From Octopus sinensis (Eukaryota), in contig NC_043006.1 of the NCBI RefSeq assembly GCF_006345805.1, positions 66,774,001 through 66,838,000 on the forward strand: DNA of 64,000 bases, given 5' to 3'. Position 1 is the stretch's first letter, and every line of letters starts with the position of its first letter. Below the pieces are notes generated by a model. The model was not told the origin of the DNA. It saw nothing but the letters and a program-made list of their open reading frames with translations, and searched no databases. The position numbers were made by a program, and so were the translations under genes. Positions 55,688 to 64,000 of the stretch are shown here, in pieces.

Positions 55688-55736
55688 TGTCTCCGATGAA
55701 AGGATATATAAAATATCTCGAAACAGGTGTAAGATC
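55688..55736 (+). ncRNA. Degenerate hammerhead-like motif (family L) just outside the large PLE
   Basis: GTCT-CCGATGA-AA-GGATAT-ATAAA-ATATCT-C-GAAA-CAGGTG-TA-AGAT. One core change (U4C), near-palindrome ACAGGTGT. Confidence 0.42.
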
Positions 55737-55795
55737 TTCTCTTTATAATGTTCTGCAATCTTTCACAGCCTTGGATTTTTATCTCATTCTGTTAA

Positions 55796-55858
<63 letters not shown>

Positions 55859-55907
55859 CTATATATACATATACATAAGCCAAGCTTCTTTTATATATAT
55901 AATATAT

Positions 55908-55943
<36 letters not shown>

Positions 55944-55969
55944 CTTTATTTTAAGCAGCAGAAAATTCA

Positions 55970-56021
55970 ACAAAATCTGTTACTCTGAGTTTCTCGTTGC
56001 CGTTCATCAGACAGTTTTTGC
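55970..56021 (-). ncRNA. Same hammerhead motif in the inverted arm
   Basis: Reverse complement of 61937-61988 with an identical core. Confidence 0.78.
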
Positions 56022-57121
56022 TAGAATGGAACTGATATATCAATTCAATCTATACTCTTACAAACGCTACACCTTTAAAAAGAAATGGACTTGTTTGATT
56101 GGCCCTTTAGAAAAAACGGTCAATCTTCGAGCGATAAACAAAAGGGTCAAAGATATATGTATATATATATAAAAACTTATAAAAATTATATATAAAAAAC
56201 TTATAAAAATTATAAAATCCGAGGAAAAAACCATTGACGTTAATGAAGACAGTGCAAATTAATGCATAGAAATTAAACCTGTTATAAATACTGCAATACA
56301 TATTTATATTAAAATCTACATATATATATATCAACATACACAAAAGGATGCGCGTAAACGCCATACATACATATACAGACGTATGAATATAAATTTAAAT
56401 ATACACATAAAAGCATATGTACATATATTCACGCAAACCGTCTCGCACGCAAGCTAAAATTCATCTATGTAGCAATTCTCATATACTGGGCAAGGAGGTT
56501 GACGAAAGAAAGGGAGAGAGAGAAAAAGGAACGAAGGAGGGGTGGGGAAAAAAACGAAATAAGAAAAAAATTTTTGTATGCAGGCAGTGTAACGCTGTTA
56601 TTGGCATCTATAGAGACCAGTATACATACACAAGTTTGAATGGATACATATACATACCGTCGTGTATATGTGTGCTTAAGCACAAACATACTTTCACTTA
56701 CACATACACAGATACGCATGCTTACAAATACATATGCTTTGCTATACACATACTTATATAAACATTATAATTTTGACAACATTGCTTTTTTTAAAAAACA
56801 TTGCTTTTAAAAAATGGGTGCATTAATAAAAATATATACGAAAGACATATAAAATAAAATATAACATCCTATTTTGGGTCATTTATAAATAATCAAGGTA
56901 ATATAAATAATCAAGGTAATCCTATGCAATACAATAACATGAAAACAAAGTTTGTAGGTTTTTCCTAATATATATGTAGAAACATAAGACTTTGCTATAC
57001 GGATTAAGATCCGCTTAGTTTGGAAACAAAACAAAAACAAAAACGAAATCAAAATCAAAATCCATCGTAGCGCTCAAGAGTCAAAATCAAAATCAAAAAT
57101 CAAAAATACAAAATATATACT

Positions 57122-58768
57122 CTATCCATATGGTATATTTATATTCGACATTTTAAATTTAGCCGCGTGCCTACATAAGTTCATTAACTCACTTCTTTGA
57201 TTCAAAGAATTATTGTCTTTGAATAAGATGTACATTTTCTCTAATAGACAAAGTCTGCACTTGAAATTATTTTTGTAAGCTCCATGCCTGTATGGTGCCG
57301 CCCTGTCCAGAATGCTCCATGTCACGTTGAAAGGTGGGGCTTCCTTTTCTTTTAGTTCCCAGACATATTTTGCTAGGCTGGTTTTCTTCCTATTCTCTGG
57401 GTATTTAAATGAATTTTTATGAGAATAAAATCTTGTTTTAAATGAATTTTCTGAAGCCCCTGTGTATGTCTTGTATTCCGATGAGCCTTCCACTTGCACC
57501 TTGGCTCTATAAACTACTCCTTTCACTAGACATTTCCCTTCTAACGGACAGGAGCTTTCGTTTTTGAAATTGCATTTCTTAATGGGCTCGGCACCATGTC
57601 TAATCTCAATTAGCTTCCTATTATGTTGGCTAATGTAAGAGGCGAAATTTCTGCAACAAGAATAGCTAACCTTCAGGGTTCTTCTATTAAATATTCTGTA
57701 GAATTTATGACCCTGCTTAAAATGCTTAGAGACTAATCTCAAAAATTCCTTACCTATATTAGTCTTTACGGCCAAATTGAAAGCCGGGTTGAACCACAAA
57801 ACTTTCCTGGTCCTAGTTCTTCGTGCAGCATTATTATCAGCATTAAGCTGGTTGAACTGGATCTTCTCAGAGAATCCACTATTCTTTAATGCGCTATCGT
57901 AATAAGGTGCAGCATTATGGAATGCTGCCTCGTCCGAAGAAATTGAAGATATTCTTCTACCTACATTGCCGACTAAGTTCCTAAGGATAACTGGTGGATG
58001 GTTCGAATCTTTGCTAATATACGATAGCTTTTCATTGGGCTTACGGAAAGGTTTAAATCTATCCGATCTTACATTAAAATTTACGTCTAAAAAATCTACA
58101 CTATTCAGGTTAGCATCTATCGTAACCCGTAAGCCCATCCTTTGAAAGAAAGCTATAAGGTCCTTCCTAAGTCTATCTGATTCATGGCCGTTTTGATTAT
58201 GCGTGGCTATAAGGCCGTCATCCCTATATAAACCTGCATCTATAAATGGGAATTCTATTTTTAGATTATGGAGAATAAAGGCTCCTATGAGCATACATAA
58301 TTCAGCCCCGTCGTATGCCCCCATCGGTACATCGAAAAGAGAATCCTCAGTCTTCTTAATCCAGGTGGAATCCTCGTAAAAAAGAAGCGATTTCCTCGCA
58401 TGCATAATAATTTCAATTTCCGAGCTATCAATGTTGACATACTGCTTGGCGAAGTCCAATGCCCTTAGGAGCAACGTCCTAGATATTGACGGGTAAAAGT
58501 CAATAATGTCGAATTGTGTGAAACTACAATTATTCTTATAGCTAATACCTTTAAACCACTCTATAACTGACTTACTATTCTTCCAAATTCTCAAGTCTAC
58601 TTCACTATCTAACTTAACTAAAATACGGTCCAAAATATTTTTGCTAATAATTCTTATCTCAGTTTTAGCCGGATTTATCAATCTACATTTGGGGTTTCTA
58701 CTAAAATTGGCTTTATGGTCTTTCAGAGTAATAAAAGCTGGTCGTGGTGAAAGGTATTCAATCCTATC
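57122..58768 (-). CDS. PLE RT + GIY-YIG endonuclease, 5'-truncated but uninterrupted
   Basis: 519-aa ORF, open back to the junction. RT motifs QFDIIDFYPSI, VPMGAYDG, LYRDDG, VDFLDVNF. Thumb KVLWFNP. Linker CNFKNESSCPLEGKC. EN motifs VVYRA...YTG, FKTRFYSH, CRLCLLEK, LNQRSE, CRH. Confidence 0.92.
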   Translation of the reverse strand, partial: DRIEYLSPRPAFITLKDHKANFSRNPKCRLINPAKTEIRIISKNILDRILVKLDSEVDLRIWKNSKSVIEWFKGISYKNNCSFTQFDIIDFYPSISRTLLLRALDFAKQYVNIDSSEIEIIMHARKSLLFYEDSTWIKKTEDSLFDVPMGAYDGAELCMLIGAFILHNLKIEFPFIDAGLYRDDGLIATHNQNGHESDRLRKDLIAFFQRMGLRVTIDANLNSVDFLDVNFNVRSDRFKPFRKPNEKLSYISKDSNHPPVILRNLVGNVGRRISSISSDEAAFHNAAPYYDSALKNSGFSEKIQFNQLNADNNAARRTRTRKVLWFNPAFNLAVKTNIGKEFLRLVSKHFKQGHKFYRIFNRRTLKVSYSCCRNFASYISQHNRKLIEIRHGAEPIKKCNFKNESSCPLEGKCLVKGVVYRAKVQVEGSSEYKTYTGASENSFKTRFYSHKNSFKYPENRKKTSLAKYVWELKEKEAPPFNVTWSILDRAAPYRHGAYKNNFKCRLCLLEKMYILFKDNNSLNQRSELMNLCRHAAKFKMSNINIPYG

Positions 58769-60840
58769 TGAAAGGTCTTATAGAGAAAACGGAAGAGTTT
58801 ATTAGAAGACTGAGATGGAAAGCATTCTTCTTTGATAATAGACAGAAAATAGAAGGAAACAAATATGGATTTAAATCTCCCAGAAACCCGCCACCGATTC
58901 CGGAATTAGAAGCCTTCGAGAAAGACCTTTTCGAGCTTATTAGGAAAATTAAATTCCGCAAATATACCAACCAATTGCAAAAAAACATGAGAGAAAAAAA
59001 TTAAGGAGATTAACGACTCGAATAAGATCTTCGTTAATTCTGACAAGACAAGGAACTTATATGCACTTGATAAGGACGTTTATAAACGCCTGATTTCGAA
59101 TAGTGTCACGGACACATACAAAAAAGACAACACGAATATATACAAAGAGGTGAACTTAGAAGCAAGAGGAATAGCTAACGATCTTAAGATTAGCGATAGG
59201 ATTGAATACCTTTCACCACGACCAGCTTTTATTACTCTGAAAGACCATAAAGCCAATTTTAGTAGAAACCCCAAATGTAGATTGATAAATCCGGCTAAAA
59301 CTGAGATAGGAATTATTAGCAAAAATATTTTGGACCGTATTTTAGTTAAGTTAGATAGTGAAGTAGACTTGAGAATTTGGAAGAATAGTAAGTCAGTTAT
59401 AGAGTGGTTTAAAGGTATTAGCTATAAGAATAATTGTAGTTTCACACAATTCGACATTATTGACTTTTACCCGTCAATATCTAGGACGTTGCTCCTAAGG
59501 GCATTGGACTTCGCCAAGCAGTATGTCAACATTGATAGCTCGGAAATTGAAATTATTATGCATGCGAGGAAATCGCTTCTTTTTTTCGATGATTCCACCT
59601 GGATTAAGAAGACTGAGGATTCTCTTTTCGATGTACCGATGGGGGCATACGACGGGGCTGAATTATGTATGCTCATAGGAGCCTTTATTCTCCATAATCT
59701 AAAAATAGAATTCCCATTTATAGATGCAGGTTTATATAGGGATGACGGCCTTATAGCCACGCATAATCAAAACGGCCATGAATCAGATAGACTTAGGAAG
59801 GACCTTATAGCTTTCTTTCAAAGGATGGGCTTACGGGTTACGATAGATGCTAACCTGAATAGTGTAGATTTTTTAGACGTAAATTTTAATGTAAGATCGG
59901 ATAGATTTAAACCTTTCCGTAAGCCCAATGAAAAGCTATCGTATATTAGCAAAGATTCGAACCATCCACCAGTTATCCTTAGGAACTTAGTCAGCAATGT
60001 AGGTAGAAGAATATCTTCAATTTCTTCGGACGAGGCAGCATTCCATAATGCTGCACCTTATTACGATAGCGCATTAAAGAATAGTGGATTCTCTGAGAAG
60101 ATCCAGTTCAACCAGCTTAATGCTGATAATAATGCTGCACGAAGAACTAGGACCAGGAAAGTTTTGTGGTTCAACCCGGCTTTCAATTTGGCCGTAAAGA
60201 CTAATATAGGTAAGGAATTTTTGAGATTAGTCTCTAAGCATTTTAAGCAGGGTCATAATTCTACAGAATATTTAATAGAAGAACCCTGAAGGTTAGCTAT
60301 TCTTGTTGCAGAAATTTCGCCTCTTACATTAGCCAACATAATAGGAAGCTAATTGAGATTAGACATGGTGCCGAGCCCATTAAGAAATGCAATTTCAAAA
60401 ACGAAAGCTCCTGTCCGTTAGAAGGGAAATGTCTAGTGAAAGGAGTAGTTTATAGAGCCAAGGTGCAAGTGGAAGGCTCATCGGAATACAAGACATACAC
60501 AGGGGCTTCAGAAAATTCATTTAAAACAAGATTTTATTCTCATAAAAATTCATTTAAATACCCAGAGAATAGGAAGAAAACCAGCCTAGCAAAATATGTC
60601 TGGGAACTAAAAGAAAAGGAAGCCCCACCTTTCAACGTGACATGGAGCATTCTGGACAGGGCGGCACCATACAGGCATGGAGCTTACAAAAATAATTTCA
60701 AGTGCAGACTTTGTCTATTAGAGAAAATGTACATCTTATTCAAAGACAATAATTCTTTGAATCAAAGAAGTGAGTTAATGAACTTATGTAGGCACGCGGC
60801 TAAATTTAAAATGTCGAATATAAATATACCATATGGATAG
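58769..60840 (+). pseudogene. PLE RT + GIY-YIG ORF, longer copy with two 1-bp frameshifts and no start codon
   Basis: ORFs 58744-59004, 59150-60289 and 60436-60840 join into one frame after removing an extra A in the A7 run (58994-59000) and restoring one A near 60257 (present in the minus arm). N-terminal motifs IEKTEEFIRRLRWKAFFF, GFKS, SDKT, AFITLKDHK, CRLINPAK. Confidence 0.9.
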
Positions 60841-61936
60841 AGTATATATTTTGTATTTTTGATTTTTGATTTTGATTTTGACTCTTGAGCGCTACGATGG
60901 ATTTTGATTTTGATTTTGTTTTTGTTTTTGTTTTGTTTCCAAACTATGCGGATCTTAATCCGTATAGCAAAGTCTTATGTTTCTACATATATATTAGGAA
61001 AAACCTACAAACTTTGTTTTCATGTTATTGTATTGCATAGGATTACCTTGATTATTTATATTACCTTGATTATTTATAAATGACCCAAAATAGGATGTTA
61101 TATTTTATTTTATATGTCTTTCGTATATATTTTTATTAATGCACCCATTTTTTAAAAGCAATGTTTTTTAAAAAAAGCAATGTTGTCAAAATTATAATGT
61201 TTATATAAGTATGTGTATAGCAAAGCATATGTATTTGTAAGCATGCGTATCTGTGTATGTGTAAGTGAAAGTATGTTTGTGCTTAAGCACACATATACAC
61301 GACGGTATGTATATGTATCCATTCAAACTTGTGTATGTATACTGGTCTCTATAGATGCCAATAACAGCGTTACACTGCCTGTATACAAAAATTTTTTTCT
61401 TATTTCGTTTTTTTCCCCATCCCTCCTTCGTTCCTTTTTCTCTCTCTCCCTTTCTTTCGTTCAACCTCCTTGCCCAGTATATGAGAATTGCTACATAGAT
61501 GAATTTTAGCTTGCGTGCGAGACGGTTTGCGTGAATATATGTACATATGCTTTTATGTGTATATTTAAATTTATATTCATACGTCTGTATATGTATGTAT
61601 GGCGTTTACGCGCATCCTTTTGTGTATGTTGATATATATATGTAGATTTTAATATAAATATGTATTGCAGTATTTATAACAGGTTTAATTCTATGCATTA
61701 ATTTGCACTGTCTTCATTAACGTCAATGGTTTTTTCCTCGGATTTTATAATTTTTATAAGTTTTTTATATATAATTTTTATAAGTTTTTATATATATACA
61801 TATGTCTTTGACCTTTTTGTTTATCGCTCGAAGATTGACCGTTTTTTCTAAAGGGCCAATCAAACAAGTCCATTTCTTTTTAAAGGTGTAGCGTTTGTAA
61901 GAGTATAGATTGAATTGATATATCAGTTCCATTCTA

Positions 61937-61988
61937 GCAAAAACTGTCTGATGAACGGCAACGAGAAACTCAGAGTAACAGATTTTGT
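61937..61988 (+). ncRNA. Minimal type I hammerhead ribozyme motif in the PLE 3' region
   Basis: GCAAAAACTGT-CTGATGA-A-CG-GCAA-CG-A-GAAA-CTC-A-GAG-TA-ACAGATTTTGT. Intact core, 11-bp stem I with one A.A mismatch, palindromic stem III, GUA cleavage triplet (after 61977). Stem II is weak. Confidence 0.78.
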
Positions 61989-62084
61989 TGAATTTTCTGT
62001 TGCTTAAAATAAAGCATATTACTCTACCACTGGTATTTGAGTACTCTTTTTTCCACCTTGTTTCACATTTATGTGTTTACTCCG

Positions 62085-62165
<81 letters not shown>

Positions 62166-62519
62166 TTACAAACGATATAAATTATTCTCTAACTATCAAC
62201 AAATACACGCTGAGAATGGGCTTCAGTTGCTCCGGATGCCAGCTATGGTTAGCAATTGGGGACGGCTCGTATACATCACTGACGTAAGTGCAACAATACT
62301 GGGTTGGTTTATTAATCATTGAAACATGCACTTGAGAGGAAAAACAAAACCATTTACTTACAGAGATGTATGAGTGCGTACATAGTTCTACATATACAAA
62401 CATATATGTAGATAGACATGTATACATGTGCGTGTTTGCATATCTATCTATCTATCTATCTATCTATAGATGATATATATATGTATATATGTATGTATGC
62501 ATGTATGTATGTAAGCATG

Positions 62520-62570
<51 letters not shown>

Positions 62571-62780
62571 TATATATGTATATATACATATATACATATG
62601 TTCACAAACATAAATATACAAGTATATGAACTTAGATACGCATATATGAACATATATATATGCGTGTGTGTTTGTGTTTAGAACCTAATATAAGTTTATT
62701 GATGTATATTAGCATATACGTATACAGTTATACGTATATGTGTATGTACATATATATCTATAATTGTATATGAGTGTATA

Positions 62781-62830
<50 letters not shown>

Positions 62831-62858
62831 TATATATATACATATATATATATATAAG

Positions 62859-62926
<68 letters not shown>

Positions 62927-64000
62927 TGTAGATATATATACATACACACATACATGGATGCATGTAAACGTTTTTACTATATAAACGTCGGGTGGATGCA
63001 TAAAGATACACAAAACTATATAAGTGAGTGAACGAGTGCGTATAAATGTATACGCCTTTGTGTGTATACACGCACATATAGACACACGTACATACACACA
63101 CACACACACACGCACATAAGCACTTGCACAATATGTAAATAATATAAAGTAGTGAAAAATCGGAAACACCACTTATCTATCACAACAGATCCCGGAACCA
63201 TTGTTAAAATATTTTATAATGCTTTCACTCTTATTCCTAACGTTGTTGCTGTTTCTCTTGTTATTGCTCTTTCTGTTGTTGTTGCTACTGATTTTGTTCT
63301 TCTTCTTGTTCTCAATGCCGTTTTTCTTCCTATTCTTGCAGTCTAGTACATATGTTTACATTCGGTGTTTTTTTTTCGTTCTAGAAATATTCGTCTTTCG
63401 TTATCGTCGATGGTACTTTTGACGTAGTTATTGCATACGGTACGGTTTTACTTTCCTTCGTTTTTACTTTCCTTCGTTTTTCTCAAAATTGAAGCTAAGC
63501 AATACTAAAAAATAAGTATTGATCTATTTGAAATATATGTTTTTTTTTGTGTATCCTGTCATGTACTTATAAATCTGCCCTTTATTGCTTTCCCCGCCAT
63601 GTACGCCGTGTCTGTACAAACGACAACAAGCAGCCAATGAGAATTTCAGAAAATGTTGCCCTATGTTTGGTTTTGTCTGGTTTTGTCTGGGCGTACGTGT
63701 GTTTGTACGTAACTATCTCTCTCAACCGTTGTTAATTTGATTTACGTTCCAGCAAATTCGCAGTTCGGCTAGAACGTACTATACACTAACTATTGTCCGA
63801 TTTGTCCAACGATACATTACAAGATGGTACACCAGAATGGTCGTAGAACAGTTACTGAAACGAGTAAAAGATAAATCGAAGTGTACAGAATACTATATCG
63901 GTATTAATAATAACTGTCTGAGATCCCCTTCGGTTACGAAATACCAAGGGATTGCACCTAGAAAGTTCCTGTCTGAGGCACAAGTCCGGGCAAGGTTGTT

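Larger units (their letters stand above)
55944..62085. mobile_element. Penelope-like retroelement: tail-to-tail-out inverted insertion (5'-truncated minus copy plus near-full-length plus copy) in a (TA)n tract
   Basis: 55944-58768 is the reverse complement of 59195-62014, with about 14 differences seen by eye. The spacer 58769-59194 is the 5' part of the ORF. The plus copy continues ~70 bp past the arm to 62085. (TA)n flanks both sides. RT plus GIY-YIG ORF and HHR motif. Confidence 0.93.

Noticed and set aside
57122-60840. Selenocysteine recoding as in some Naiad PLEs
   Set aside because: The intact arm has no in-frame TGA, and the endonuclease is C-terminal, not N-terminal.
61490-61530. Possible second HHR in the PLE 3' UTR (TAGATGA...GAGACGGTT)
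   Set aside because: Multiple core mismatches and no consistent stems.
62227-62283. 57-nt candidate exon (CAG|...|GTAAGT; CSGCQLWLAIGDG)
   Set aside because: Good donor but no polypyrimidine tract, no recognisable protein and no partner exons.

Overview
AT-rich, microsatellite-saturated animal genomic DNA with one 100-N gap (17944-18043). It is most likely octopus/coleoid; this is inferred from the tRNA-derived SINE families and repeat landscape, not from a database search. I found no host exon. Most listed ORFs are translations of simple repeats. The window is a nested transposon graveyard: Tc1 (DD34E), maT (DD37D), mariner, piggyBac, non-autonomous Helitrons, CR1, RTE, Tx1/L1, Dong/R4 and at least four SINE families. 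The main feature is a young ~6.1 kb Penelope-like element (PLE, RT plus C-terminal GIY-YIG) at 55944-62085. It forms a near-perfect palindrome (two ~2.82 kb arms, 426 bp spacer) inside a (TA)n tract, and each arm carries a minimal, dimer-type hammerhead ribozyme (HHR) motif. A second, unrelated PLE remnant (18104-19051) has the same inverted architecture and an HHR with a U3-A8 core. At least four more sequence-unrelated HHR-like families sit in TA/AAT microsatellites, including a five-copy family with a recurrent non-canonical core (CUGUUGA plus an extra A). All ribozyme calls were folded by eye and need covariance-model and cleavage tests. Boundaries of degenerate repeats are approximate.
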